This document shows, in pieces, positions 38,499-49,897 of a DNA stretch of 64,000 nt. The stretch covers positions 128,001 through 192,000 of the forward strand of contig CAWGVS010000010.1 of the NCBI GenBank assembly GCA_963826115.1, read 5' to 3'. The notes under the pieces are model-generated. The model had not been told where the DNA came from. It searched no databases and worked only from the letters and a program-made list of their open reading frames with translations. Source of the DNA: an uncultured Candidatus Rokubacteria bacterium (GTDB taxonomy: Bacteria; Methylomirabilota; Methylomirabilia; Rokubacteriales; DASRDR01). The translations under genes were made by a program, and so were the position numbers. Each line of letters begins with the position of its first letter. Within the stretch, counting starts at the first letter, position 1.

Positions 38499-40028
38499 CT
38501 ACCTCGTTTCCACGATGGGCTGGGCGATGATCCAGAGGCTCACCACCGTGTAGCCGACCATCAGCACGAGCATGGGCAGCTGGCTGCGGAGGGCCGCCCG
38601 CCGGTCCCGGTACTCCCGGAGCGCGACGACGTGGGCGACGTACACGGCGAGGACGTGGCCGAGGACGATGGCGACCACGGCCGTGTACCAGACCGCGCGC
38701 GCGCCCACGAGGCCGATGTCCGGCCGGTACCGGGCGGTGCCGAACAGGTTCCAGCCGTAGCCGAACGGGTCGGAGGCGAGCCGGATGAGGAGCTGGCCCT
38801 GGATCAGGAGGTACGTGAAGTAGTGGGCCAGGTGGTACGCGATCGCGATCGGGACCAGCGACAGCACGAAGAGGCGGGCGACCGTGGCCGCCGGGAGCTG
38901 GTCGTCCCCCATCCGGGCCATCCAGCGCGCGAACGCGAGGTAGACGAGGACGAAGAGGAGCGGGAACAGGAGGAGCCCGCCGGTGTCGATGACGGTGAGC
39001 CGCGACTCCCCGAGCGGGGTCAGCGCCGCGTAGAGGGCGCCCTCCAGGCGCGCCCACGCGGGCGTCGCGGTGAACCCGTCGAAGGTCACCGTCGAGAGCA
39101 GGAGGAGCACGAACGCGACCATCGAGGGCGTGACGTCCGCGGTGTTGAGGAGCCCCGCCGCGAAGGGGCGGAGGTTCCACTCGCGCCTCGCGGGCGCGGC
39201 GCGCTCGAAGCACTCGCCGCAGTCGACGCAGGTGCCGTCGCGCGCGCCGCAGGCGACCCCGCACCGTCGGCAGGCCTCGCGGTCGGTGACGCGGACCTCC
39301 GTCGGGGAGAAGCGCGCGAGGACGCCGAAGGCCGTCGCGAAGGGGTCGCCGTGGCGGAGCCACGAGGCGCGACCGAAGAGCGCCATGCCGGTCCAGGTGA
39401 GGGCGGAGTACGCGACGACGAGGTGGCCGAGCCGGGCCGGGATGCTGCGGCCGGTGTAGATCAGCTCGATCCAGGCGAAGGCCAGGAAGAGCAGGGCCGC
39501 CGGCCAGACGCCGAGCCGCGCCGGGTAGCGGGCCGGCGCGCGCCACGGTCCGAGGAGCGCCTCGGCCCAGCCGAAGAGCGCGGCCCAGGGGTTCACGACC
39601 GCCCACAGGTTGCCGACGAGCGCGGAGAGGTAGGCGAACCCGACCCACCACGCCACCCAGATGAAGGTGGGGGCGAGGTTGCGGGTCGGGCTCTGGTCGC
39701 CGGCCAGGGCGGCGGCGACGACGAGGACCAGGAGCGCGACCGAGGCCAGGCGGACCGCGAACCGGACCCGCCGCCCCGCCAGGACGCGTCCGAGGCGGAG
39801 ACGCAGGAGGTTCAAGCGCCAGTAACCCCGGGCGCCGGGACTCGCCGTGACGAAGAGCCCGATGATCGCGAACGAGAGCGCCACCGCCGCGGCCGCGGCG
39901 GCGGCCCACAGCCAGAACGGGACCGGCAGGTCGTAGCGCTGGCCGAACCCGTGGGCGAGCGCGACCCGCGGCGCCAGCGCCCCGAGGACCGCGGCGCCCC
40001 ACGCCAGCCGACCTCGACGCGCAGTCAC
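38499..40028 (-). CDS. Polytopic membrane protein (fenitrothion-hydrolase/FedB-like) with a six-Cys insert
   Basis: AHGFGQRYDLPVP, NLAPTFIWVAWWVG, NPW, TVTFDGF, SLVPIAIAYHLAHY, SDPFG.GWNLFG, GHVLAV..AH. Confidence 0.78.
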   Translation of the reverse strand: MTARRGRLAWGAAVLGALAPRVALAHGFGQRYDLPVPFWLWAAAAAAAVALSFAIIGLFVTASPGARGYWRLNLLRLRLGRVLAGRRVRFAVRLASVALLVLVVAAALAGDQSPTRNLAPTFIWVAWWVGFAYLSALVGNLWAVVNPWAALFGWAEALLGPWRAPARYPARLGVWPAALLFLAFAWIELIYTGRSIPARLGHLVVAYSALTWTGMALFGRASWLRHGDPFATAFGVLARFSPTEVRVTDREACRRCGVACGARDGTCVDCGECFERAAPARREWNLRPFAAGLLNTADVTPSMVAFVLLLLSTVTFDGFTATPAWARLEGALYAALTPLGESRLTVIDTGGLLLFPLLFVLVYLAFARWMARMGDDQLPAATVARLFVLSLVPIAIAYHLAHYFTYLLIQGQLLIRLASDPFGYGWNLFGTARYRPDIGLVGARAVWYTAVVAIVLGHVLAVYVAHVVALREYRDRRAALRSQLPMLVLMVGYTVVSLWIIAQPIVETR

Positions 40029-40050
40029 CGGGCTCCGGCGCGGCGGCGGG

Positions 40051-40380
40051 TCAGCGGGGATGGACTTCGAGATAGCCGACCGTGCGCTCCACGCCCGGCC
40101 CGTGGATCTCCACCGGGAAGCGTCCCGTGGCCTTGGCCGTGAAGCGTAGCTCGGCCGCCGACTGGGGCACGAGGCGGGCCTCGAGGTCGTAGCCGTGGAT
40201 GTGCAGGGTGAACGGCCGGTCGGTCGTCCACCTGAGCGTGACCTCGTCACCCTGCTGGACTCGCACGAGCCGCTGGGCCTCGGGGAGCCGGCCGTCCTTG
40301 AGGGCGAGCTCGACGAGCCGGGGCTCGGCGACGGCGGTGGCGACCAGGAGCGCCGCGAGGACGCCCACGCCGAGGCGCAT
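40051..40380 (-). CDS. Small exported cupredoxin-like protein
   Basis: VRVQQGDEVTLRWTTD, LHIHGYD, FTAKATGRFPVEIH, LEVHP. Confidence 0.78.
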   Translation of the reverse strand: MRLGVGVLAALLVATAVAEPRLVELALKDGRLPEAQRLVRVQQGDEVTLRWTTDRPFTLHIHGYDLEARLVPQSAAELRFTAKATGRFPVEIHGPGVERTVGYLEVHPR

Positions 40381-40438
40381 CCACCGGATACCGACGCGGT
40401 CCCGCGAGCCCGTCACCCCGACCTCCCCTCGCTCGGCG

Positions 40439-41113
40439 TCACTTGCTCCGGACCTGGTCGATCCGCGCCGCGGCCTGCTCGAGGACGGCCGCCACCGCCG
40501 GCATGTCCTTCACCGGGAGGTACAGCGTCGTCGGCACCTCCCAGACCGCCCGCTGGAGGAGGATCGGGAGGTCGCCCGTCTGCACGTAGCCGACCGCGTC
40601 GCCCCGGATCTGGAGCACGCCGATCCGGAGGGTGCCGGCGTGGAAGTCGGCGTCGACCGAGTCCGGCCGCGGATCGCCGGCGGGTCCGATCGCGGCCCGC
40701 GCCATGTCGGCGACGGCCTGGGCCAGCGGCCGCACGTCCGTGCCGTCCATCAGCCCCGTGCCCAGGCGGAACAGGTCCCCGGCCGTGCCCGTCGAGACCG
40801 ACAACGTCACCCGGAGGGCGAGGGACCGCCAGTCGGGCCGGCCCGTCTGCTGGGCCCGCAGCACCTCGATGACGATCTCGCCTGCCCGCGCCCCGCCGAC
40901 CGCCGCCAGGCGAGGGAGCGCCGGCAGCGCCATCGGCGCGACTGGCAGGGTGGCGATCGGGTACGACTCGCGCACGCATGGCGAGCAGGCCGACAGCACG
41001 AAGCGCTCGAACACGGTCGGGGGTGCGGCCGGCGACCCGTCCCCATTGGCGCGGGCGACGGAGGGCGCCGCGGCCAGAGAGACGAGCAGGCCGAGGACGA
41101 GGCGTCGCGGCAT
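40439..41113 (-). CDS. Hypothetical exported protein with CxxC
   Basis: GGAGG RBS; signal peptide; ACSPCVRE. Confidence 0.7.
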   Translation of the reverse strand: MPRRLVLGLLVSLAAAPSVARANGDGSPAAPPTVFERFVLSACSPCVRESYPIATLPVAPMALPALPRLAAVGGARAGEIVIEVLRAQQTGRPDWRSLALRVTLSVSTGTAGDLFRLGTGLMDGTDVRPLAQAVADMARAAIGPAGDPRPDSVDADFHAGTLRIGVLQIRGDAVGYVQTGDLPILLQRAVWEVPTTLYLPVKDMPAVAAVLEQAAARIDQVRSK

Positions 41114-41233
41114 CGGACCTCCGGCGCTCGATCGTCGCGCGGGACGGTCCCGCGCCACGACGATCTTACCGCGTCCCGGGGAGGCCGGTGGGCAGCAGCC
41201 TCCCCCGGGACGCGGCCCGCCCGGGGGCGGGAT

Positions 41234-42619
41234 CTACAGCGACCGCAGGAAGTTCAGGAGGTCCTGCTTGTCCGACTCCCGCATCTGGTTGTACCGGTCC
41301 ACCGTGGCGTTCGCCTCCGACGGCGGGTACTTCGAGGTGCCCGCGCTCCGATGCGCCTGGATCGCGTCGGTTAGGTCGCCGGTGCGCCCGTCGTGGAGGA
41401 AGAAGAGCCGCTTCCCGAGGCCCCAGAGCGGGGCGGTCCGGAACTCCGCCGGGCCCGCCTCTCCCTGCAGGATCTCGTCGGCCAGCTCCGCGCCCATGTT
41501 GTGGAGGGCCAGGTCAGAGTAGAGATTGACCACCTTGTTGCGGAGCGCGACGACCGTCGAGAACTCGCTGGTCCGGAGGGTCGGCGTGTGACAGAGCGCG
41601 CAGCCCGCGTCCGCAAACCGCGCGCGGCCCCGCGTGATCGACGCGGCGCCGCCCGGCGTGTCCGGAGACGGCACCGGCGGCGCCAGGAAGCGCTGGAAGT
41701 TGGCGAAGCTCGCAATGGCGCTGATCTGGCTCACGCTCGGCACGACGTCGTTCGGCACCATCGTGGTCTGGCAGCCGGGGGTCTCGTCCCGCTCGCTCTG
41801 GAAAAGCTCGTTGGTGATGCCCATCTCGACGTTGTAGGCCTCGCCGGAGAAGAGAGTCAGGGACTTGTTCTGCGCTTTCCATCCGAACCGGGAGATGGTG
41901 CCGTCGTTGCCGTTGCGGTTCGCGGTGCCCGAGACGTTGATGTGATTCACGCGCCCGCGGATGCCGAACGCCGACTTCTGGCTTCCCTGGGCCGCGAGGT
42001 TTGCGACGATGGCGCTGTCGAGGATCTGCTCGATCAGGCCCGCTCCGAACACCGGGCTCGGGATCCGGAAGGTGACGTTGCCCGCGCGGACCTGAGGCTC
42101 GAAGCTCTCCTGCCGGATGTTGCAGTTCGGCGCGTCGTGGTGGCCGGCGATGACGAAGAGGGCGTGGACTCCGCCGTCCCGCGAGCCGTCGCTCTTGAAC
42201 CGGAAGCGGACCTCGCGGATGGGACCGTCACGCCGGATGAACGACGGGATCACGTTGGCGCTCCCGAAGCCCAGGTCGGCGGGGTCGACCACGCGAAACA
42301 GCGGGTTCGCCGCGGGGCTCGAGCCCCCGAGGGCCGGCTGCTGGTGGCAGCCCCCGCAGCTCACGAAGTTGAAGCGGGGCCCCACGCCCTCGGGGACGGT
42401 TTCCTCTTCCTCGAACTCGTCGAGCCCGGCGGTGAACATCGTGCTCTCGTCCTCGGTGAGGCCGGCGAGCGGAGCTCCGGCGCCCGCCGGTCCGGAGCGG
42501 GGGCCGAGATCGCGAGCCCGCGTGAGCAGCTGGGCCTGCGTGGGTGGCACGTGAAGCCACGGCGACGCTCCGAGGACGACGCCGATGGCGACGATGACGA
42601 TGGCGAGCTTGCTCTTCAC
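41234..42619 (-). CDS. Di-heme oxidoreductase (DHOR) family exported c-type cytochrome
   Basis: GAGGAGG RBS; GVGPRFN..SCGGCH, RFGWKAQ, EAYNVEMGITN, GCALCHTP, YSDLALHNMG, FRTAPLWGLG, LHDGR. Confidence 0.9.
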   Translation of the reverse strand: MKSKLAIVIVAIGVVLGASPWLHVPPTQAQLLTRARDLGPRSGPAGAGAPLAGLTEDESTMFTAGLDEFEEEETVPEGVGPRFNFVSCGGCHQQPALGGSSPAANPLFRVVDPADLGFGSANVIPSFIRRDGPIREVRFRFKSDGSRDGGVHALFVIAGHHDAPNCNIRQESFEPQVRAGNVTFRIPSPVFGAGLIEQILDSAIVANLAAQGSQKSAFGIRGRVNHINVSGTANRNGNDGTISRFGWKAQNKSLTLFSGEAYNVEMGITNELFQSERDETPGCQTTMVPNDVVPSVSQISAIASFANFQRFLAPPVPSPDTPGGAASITRGRARFADAGCALCHTPTLRTSEFSTVVALRNKVVNLYSDLALHNMGAELADEILQGEAGPAEFRTAPLWGLGKRLFFLHDGRTGDLTDAIQAHRSAGTSKYPPSEANATVDRYNQMRESDKQDLLNFLRSL

Positions 42620-42688
42620 GGATCCTGTCCTCCTCGAGCGGCCGAGGCGGCCGCTCGGCCGCGACGGGCGGCCGGTCACGGCGAGGAC

Positions 42689-42704
42689 AGCAAGGGGGAT
42701 GCCA
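42689..42704 (-). promoter_or_regulatory. Sigma54 promoter for the di-heme gene
   Basis: Minus strand TGGCATCCCCCTTGCT, 70 bp upstream of the start. Confidence 0.8.
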
Positions 42705-42767
42705 TGGGACGCCAGGCAGCGCGCCCTGAAGATTCGCGCGTTCCGCGCGAGAGGCCGGTCGCGCCGC

Positions 42768-42815
42768 TTCTCAGCCCCCGGAACCACGAGGCCGGTTGTT
42801 CTCAGGGATGAGAAC
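42768..42815. promoter_or_regulatory. Tandem enhancer-like sites
   Basis: Perfect GTTCTCA-GGGA-TGAGAAC at 42798-42815; degenerate TTCTCA-GCCC-CCGGAAC 31 bp away. Confidence 0.6.
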
Positions 42816-42957
42816 GGAACCCGGGGCGGGTGCCGCTCGTTTTCTCTGATTCAGCCTTGTGAGGCGACGCGGAGCACGCTACTCTCGGACTCAGTACCCC
42901 GATGACGACCACCTCGGTCCGTAACGCTCCGTCCGGCTCCATCCGCGGAACTCGGCG

Positions 42958-44316
<1,359 letters not shown>

Positions 44317-44426
44317 GGGGCCGCGCCTTCCCGGGACGACCGAGCGGGGCCGGTGGTACGCTGGAGCCCGCTGGCCGTCCGGACTGTGTGATCGGACGTC
44401 CCGTGCCCGCAAGGAGGCGACGACCC

Positions 44427-45008
44427 ATGCATCGCGTGTGGATCGCGGGTGCGACCCTCTTGGCGCTCGCGCTCGTGTCGGAGGCCCAGCAGCCCGCGCT
44501 CTCGCCCGGCAAGAAGGAGGCGCCCTTGGCGCAGGATTCGCTCTATCGCCTCTCGGTGAAGACCCTGGAAGGCGAGCCGGCCGACCTGAACGCGTACGCC
44601 GGCAAGGTGACGCTCGTCGTCAACGTGGCGAGCCAGTGCGGTTACACGCCCCAGTACACGGGCCTCGAGAAGCTCTACACCGACCTCAAGGGCCGGGGAT
44701 TCGTCATCCTGGGGTTCCCGAGCAACGACTTCGGCAGCCAGGAGCCGGGGACCGCGACGGAGATCCGGCAATTCTGCACGCTGAACTACGAGGTGACCTT
44801 CCCCCTGTTCGAGAAGGTCGTCACCAAGGCGGGGTCCGGCCAGTCGCCGGTGTACGCGAATCTCCAGCAGCAGTCGGGCGAGCTGCCGAGCTGGAACTTC
44901 GCCAAGTACCTGGTGGCGAAGAACGGGAAGGTGGTCAAGTTCTACAAGAGCGGGGTCAAGCCCGACGACGCGGGCCTGCGCAAGGACATCGAAACCGCGC
45001 TGCGGTAG
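44427..45008 (+). CDS. Exported Cys-type glutathione peroxidase family protein
   Basis: AAGGAGG RBS; signal peptide; VNVASQCGYTPQY, GFPSNDFGSQEPG, WNFAKYLV. Confidence 0.93.
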   Translation: MHRVWIAGATLLALALVSEAQQPALSPGKKEAPLAQDSLYRLSVKTLEGEPADLNAYAGKVTLVVNVASQCGYTPQYTGLEKLYTDLKGRGFVILGFPSNDFGSQEPGTATEIRQFCTLNYEVTFPLFEKVVTKAGSGQSPVYANLQQQSGELPSWNFAKYLVAKNGKVVKFYKSGVKPDDAGLRKDIETALR

Positions 45009-45024
45009 CGCCCGGCGCGGCCCC

Positions 45025-46920
45025 GTGACGCGTCCAGGACCGGTCGCTTCGCCCATTCACCGGTGGGCCCGCGCGGCCGTCCCGGCGGCCGCTCTCCTCC
45101 TCGCCGCGGCGTGCGCGACGCCGGTCGGCGTCGACCCGATCACCCCGGAGACGTACCAACGACAGGCGACCGCCGACGCCCTCACGACGGGCGCCCCGAG
45201 CCAGTTCTCCGACCAGATCCTCCAGCGCTTGAACCTGCGCGACCGGTACAAGCGCGAGCCGACGGCCGCGCTCGCGGAGCTCCACGCCAGCCTCGGCACC
45301 GAGGGCGGTGAGAATCGGCTCTTCGCGCTCGCGGAGCTGTCCTACCTCCACGCCGAGCGAGTCCACGCGCGCGAGTACCACCTGGCGGCCGCCGTATACG
45401 CCTACGCATTCCTCTTCCGCGAGCCGGCCCAGCCGGCGCCCGATCCGCTCGATCCCCGGACCCGCGTGGCCGCCGACCTCTACAACCGCGCGCTCACCGA
45501 GGGGCTGATCGAGCCGGACGGCGGCGGGGTGGTCGTCGCGCCCGGCGAGCGCCTCTTGCCGTTCGGGCGCCTCGACATCGATCTGCCGGCGGGACCGCCG
45601 ACCTGGGCCGGCCGCCAGCTCCAGAACTTCGTGCCCGCCAGCCACGTGGCGCTCCGGGGCCTGCGGAACCGCTACCGCCAGGCGGGCGTCGGCGCGCCGC
45701 TGGTGGCCGGCCTCGCTCCCGTCGATCACGTCGCGATCCGGAACAGCCTGGTTCCCCCCCGGCTCAAGGTCCCGGTGACGGTCTTCCTGCGGCTCGACCA
45801 GGTCCGGGAGGGCCTCGCCACCGGGCGGCTCCACGGCGCGCTCGAGGTCTACACGAAGGACGCCGCGAGCCGGATCGTGGTGGAGGGCCGCGAGGTGCCG
45901 CTCGAGTTCGAGATGAGCGCGGCGCTCGCGGCCACGCTCGACGGCGCGCCCGTCTGGGAGTCCGAGCTGCGCGGCTTCCTCAGCGGGAACTTCGTCGAGG
46001 GCGGCGGCGGGGTGCTCTACATGCTGTCGCCCTACCGCCAGGGCCACGTGCCCGTCGTGCTGATCCACGGCACCGCCTCCAGCCCGGCGCGCTGGGCGGA
46101 CCTCGTCAACGAGCTCGAGGCGGACCCGCGGATCTCGTCGCGCGTGCAGTTCTGGCTCTTCAGCTACAACACGGGCAACCCCCTCCTCTATTCGTCCGGC
46201 CTCCTCCACGACGTCCTGACGAAGTCCGTGGCGGCGCTCGATCCCGCGGGCGCGGACCGCGCCCTTCGCCGCATGGTCCTCATCGGCCACAGCCAGGGCG
46301 GGCTCCTGGCAAAGCTGATGGTGGTCGACGGCGGCAGCCGCTTCTGGGACACCGCCAGCGAGACGCCTCTCGACCAGCTGCGGGTGTCCGACGAGACCCG
46401 GGCGGTGCTGCAGCGCTCGATGTTTCCCACGCCGCTCCCGTTCGTCGAGCGGGTCATCTTCCTGGCGACCCCGCACCGGGGCAGCGACATCGCGGCCCTC
46501 GTCGTGGGGCGCTTCCGGTGGCTTGTCGACTGGGCGCTCACCCTGCCTCCGAGCCTCCTGCGCCTCACGGGGGAGGTCATGACGGGGAGCGAGGACCCGC
46601 TCCTCCGGTACCGGCTGCGGCAAGGCCTCCCGCGGAGCGTCGACAACATGAGCCCCGGCAACCCGGCGATCCGGACGCTCGCGAGCCTGCCCATCGTGCC
46701 GGGCGTGACGGTGCACTCGATCGTCGCGATGGAAGAGGGGGGCACGCTCGCCGACGGCGGCGACGGCGTCGTGACCTACCGGAGCGCCCACCTGGACGAG
46801 GCCGCCTCCGAGCTCATCGTCCAGTCCGGCCACTCGGTGCAGGGCAACCCCCAGGCGATCGAGGAGATCCGCCGCATCCTGCTCCAGCACCTCGCTGCCG
46901 GGCCCGCGAGCGCGTGGTGA
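45025..46920 (+). CDS. Alpha/beta-hydrolase lipoprotein (esterase/lipase)
   Basis: AAAC lipobox; PVVLIHGTASS, IGHSQGG, ATPHRGS, DGVV, GHS. Confidence 0.87.
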   Translation: MTRPGPVASPIHRWARAAVPAAALLLAAACATPVGVDPITPETYQRQATADALTTGAPSQFSDQILQRLNLRDRYKREPTAALAELHASLGTEGGENRLFALAELSYLHAERVHAREYHLAAAVYAYAFLFREPAQPAPDPLDPRTRVAADLYNRALTEGLIEPDGGGVVVAPGERLLPFGRLDIDLPAGPPTWAGRQLQNFVPASHVALRGLRNRYRQAGVGAPLVAGLAPVDHVAIRNSLVPPRLKVPVTVFLRLDQVREGLATGRLHGALEVYTKDAASRIVVEGREVPLEFEMSAALAATLDGAPVWESELRGFLSGNFVEGGGGVLYMLSPYRQGHVPVVLIHGTASSPARWADLVNELEADPRISSRVQFWLFSYNTGNPLLYSSGLLHDVLTKSVAALDPAGADRALRRMVLIGHSQGGLLAKLMVVDGGSRFWDTASETPLDQLRVSDETRAVLQRSMFPTPLPFVERVIFLATPHRGSDIAALVVGRFRWLVDWALTLPPSLLRLTGEVMTGSEDPLLRYRLRQGLPRSVDNMSPGNPAIRTLASLPIVPGVTVHSIVAMEEGGTLADGGDGVVTYRSAHLDEAASELIVQSGHSVQGNPQAIEEIRRILLQHLAAGPASAW

Positions 46921-46969
46921 CGCCGGACGGGCGCGGCGCCGTCGCCGCGCGCCTCCGGGGCTGATCCGC

Positions 46970-47995
46970 GTGGCCCTGCGAGTCCTGGGGTGGGGCGCCG
47001 TCGTCCTCGCGCTCGCCGTCGCCGGCGCGTGGGGGACGCTCGCCCTCCACTACTCGGACCTCTCGCCGGCGTGGCTCCGGGCTGCCCTCGCCGTCGCGTT
47101 CGCGCTTCTCGCGCTGGGCGCGGTCGGCGCGATCGCCGCGGGGTGGCGGCGCCGCACCGTCCTCGGCGTCTTCGCGGTGGCGCTCCTCGGCCTCCTCGGG
47201 TACTGGCGCGGGATCGCGCCGTCCAACGACCGCGACTGGGCGCCGGAGGTCGCGCGCCTCCCGTACGCCACCGTTGACGGGGACCAAGTCACGCTCCACG
47301 ACGTCCGGAACTTCGACTACCGCACCGAGACCGACTTCACGCCCGGCTACTACGACCGGACCGTCGACCTCCGGCGGCTCGACGCGGTCGACCTCGTCAC
47401 GTCGTACTGGATGGGGCCGGCGATCGCCCACGTGTTCCTGAGCTTCGGCTTCGGCGACGAGCACGTCGCGGTGTCGATCGAGGCGCGCAAGGAGCGGAAC
47501 GAGGGGTATTCGTCGATCCAGGGCTTCTTCAAGCGCTACGAGCTCATCTACGTCGTCGGCGACGAGCGCGACCTCATCCGGGTCCGGACCAACTACCGCC
47601 AGGATCCGCCGGAGGACGTCTACCTCTACCGGGTCCAGGCGCCGGTCGAGAACGTGCGGCGCCTGTTCCTCGAGTACGTCCGCGCCATCAACGCGCTCCG
47701 GACGGCCCCGGGCTTCTACGACACGCTCACGACGAACTGCACGACGACGATCGTGCTCCACACGCGGGTGAACCCGGACTCGATGCCGCTCAGCTGGCGG
47801 GTTCTGCTGAGCGGCTACGCCGCGGAGTACGCGTACCAGCGAGGTCGGCTCGACACGAGCCTCCCGTTCGAGGAGCTCCGGCGACGGTCCCGGATCAACG
47901 AGGCGGCACGGGCCGCCGACCGGGCGCCGGACTTCTCGCGGCGCATCCGCGAGGGGCGGCCGGGGTGGGGACGCGGGACGGCGGCCGGGTCCTGA
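46970..47995 (+). CDS. DUF4105 / Lnb-like membrane-anchored protein
   Basis: Three TMs; PSNDRDW, VRNFDYR, AHVFLSFGF, SIEARKE, YDTLTTNCTT. Confidence 0.88.
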   Translation: MALRVLGWGAVVLALAVAGAWGTLALHYSDLSPAWLRAALAVAFALLALGAVGAIAAGWRRRTVLGVFAVALLGLLGYWRGIAPSNDRDWAPEVARLPYATVDGDQVTLHDVRNFDYRTETDFTPGYYDRTVDLRRLDAVDLVTSYWMGPAIAHVFLSFGFGDEHVAVSIEARKERNEGYSSIQGFFKRYELIYVVGDERDLIRVRTNYRQDPPEDVYLYRVQAPVENVRRLFLEYVRAINALRTAPGFYDTLTTNCTTTIVLHTRVNPDSMPLSWRVLLSGYAAEYAYQRGRLDTSLPFEELRRRSRINEAARAADRAPDFSRRIREGRPGWGRGTAAGS

Positions 47996-48005
47996 CGGGC
48001 GGCCC

Positions 48006-48590
48006 TCAGCGGCCGGGCATCCCCAGCTGTCCGCGCGTGGCCATCGCGTCGAACCAGTGACCGTACGGGTGGAGCAGGGCGGTCTGGAGCAGGTACCAGC
48101 CGCGCGAGTGGCCGCGCGCCCAGAACTCCTCCACCCAGCGCCCGGCGTCGACCAGGAGCGCCTCGTCGGCCACCACCGCGCGGATCCGCTCGGGCGCAAC
48201 GAGCTCCTCCCAGGCCGCCGGCGCCAGGGCGGCGGCCACCGACCGCGTCCGCGCCGTGACCGCGCGCGCGTAGTCCCGGAGCGCGGCCGCATCGATCCGC
48301 GCGCTGAGCGCCTCGACCTCGACCGCGCTCATGCCGGACCCGACGTCCGGCCGGTCGACCCCGAGGCGGTCCCGCCAGCCGCCCTCGTCGAGCACCTGGG
48401 GTCGGTCGGCGACGAAGCGGCTCACCGCGGCGTCCTCGACCCGCATGGCGTGCCAGGCGAGCCAGACGATCGAGTTCAGCCCGTGCGGGCGTCCACGAGC
48501 CTGCGCGTCGGTCAGGCCCTTGAAGAGGTCGTCGGCGAAGCCGGCGTGGATCGCGTCGTACCGCAGATGGAAGAGCGTGAGGGCGTCCAT
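48006..48590 (-). CDS. DinB-family protein
   Basis: NSIVWLAWHAMRVED, HPYGH. Confidence 0.82.
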   Translation of the reverse strand: MDALTLFHLRYDAIHAGFADDLFKGLTDAQARGRPHGLNSIVWLAWHAMRVEDAAVSRFVADRPQVLDEGGWRDRLGVDRPDVGSGMSAVEVEALSARIDAAALRDYARAVTARTRSVAAALAPAAWEELVAPERIRAVVADEALLVDAGRWVEEFWARGHSRGWYLLQTALLHPYGHWFDAMATRGQLGMPGR

Positions 48591-48731
48591 CAGGGGATCT
48601 CCTGGTCCGGCCGGAAGTCGCGTCGTTGCCGGGTGCGCCCCGGCCGGCTACAGTGCTCGTGTCGGCGGCTCTCGCTCCGGCAGCGGTCGGGCCGGCCGGA
48701 GCTCGGCGCCGCGCCGGCGAGGGAGGGTTCC

Positions 48732-48974
48732 ATGAGTGAGGAGCGTCTCGAGGACGAGGTCGCCCGCCTGCGGGCCGAGAACGAGGCCCTCCGGGCTCGG
48801 ACCCAGCGCGGCAACCAGATCCGCGTCAGCGACAAGGGCGGGGTGTCCGTGTACGGGCTTGGCCGCTTCCCTGTCACGCTCTACAAGGAGCAGTGGCGCC
48901 GCCTGCTCGACATGGCCGACGAGATCCGGACCTTCATCAAGGCGCACGAGGGCGAGCTCAAGACCAAGGACTGA
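48732..48974 (+). CDS. Small conserved-looking hypothetical protein
   Basis: GGGAGG RBS; N-terminal coil, then RVSDKGGVSVYGLGRFPVTLYKEQW. Confidence 0.85.
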   Translation: MSEERLEDEVARLRAENEALRARTQRGNQIRVSDKGGVSVYGLGRFPVTLYKEQWRRLLDMADEIRTFIKAHEGELKTKD

Positions 48975-48998
48975 CCGGCTCGGCCCGCGCGCCCCGGC

Positions 48999-49778
48999 CT
49001 AGAAGCGAACGCTGAAGCCGAGCACCGGGCCGTGGAGCGTCGTGTCCCACTTGAACTGCCGGAGCCCCGATCCCGTGCTGTAGTCCTGGTAGAGCGCCTT
49101 GTAGCCCACCAGCACCGACCACTCGACCCCGGCGCCCTGCCACCGGTACCCGAGGAGCCCCGTCACGGACCACGTGAGGTCCGAGCCGACGCCGAAGCCG
49201 CCGACGTCGCCGGCGACGAGCAGGAACACGTGCGGCGAGAAGTGCACGCCCAGGCGGCCGCCCACGATGGGGTCGATCCAGTCGACCTGCTGGTTGAGCG
49301 ACGGCGCGCCCCGCGTGTCGAGGTCGAGCTCGAGCGACGTGTAGCGCCCGCCCCCGTAGATGTCGAACGTGAGGCCGGGGACCCGATCGGCCGTCGTGTC
49401 GAGCAGCCGGAACTGGGCGCCGAAGTCGACGAACCACATCCGGGTGGTGACGTCGAGGCCGGTGGCGCCGGCGTCCTCCACCTTGGTCTTCACGTAGAAG
49501 AAGTCCCCGAAGACGCCGATGGGGCCCCGCGAGATCTCCAGGTGGCCCTGGAGCCCGACCAGGGTGTCGGTCGTCTCGAGAAGGTCGAGGAAGCTCGCGT
49601 CGAGATGCGCGCTGGCGCCCTTGATGGTCACGTCGCCGTACATCCCGGCCGCCCAGAGGTACGGCGCGACGGTGACGTGCCAGGCGTTCGGGTCGTCGTC
49701 CTGGGCCCGGGCGAGGGACGGGATCGCGGCGACGAGCAGTCCGGCTACGAGCACCCCGGCGAGTCGCGCTCTCCTCAC
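48999..49778 (-). CDS. Outer-membrane beta-barrel protein
   Basis: GGAGGAG RBS; signal peptide; APYLW, WIDPIVG, GDVGGFGVGSD, GYKAL, terminal VRF. Confidence 0.82.
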   Translation of the reverse strand: MRRARLAGVLVAGLLVAAIPSLARAQDDDPNAWHVTVAPYLWAAGMYGDVTIKGASAHLDASFLDLLETTDTLVGLQGHLEISRGPIGVFGDFFYVKTKVEDAGATGLDVTTRMWFVDFGAQFRLLDTTADRVPGLTFDIYGGGRYTSLELDLDTRGAPSLNQQVDWIDPIVGGRLGVHFSPHVFLLVAGDVGGFGVGSDLTWSVTGLLGYRWQGAGVEWSVLVGYKALYQDYSTGSGLRQFKWDTTLHGPVLGFSVRF

Positions 49779-49897
49779 GTCGATGTCTCCTCCCTCGCGG
49801 CGGACGGGCCGACCGACCGGCCCGGCGGCGCCCGGGTCCGGCGACCCCGGGGGCCCAGGGACCGGCCTCCGGGGAACGATAGTAGTGTAGTTGTACC

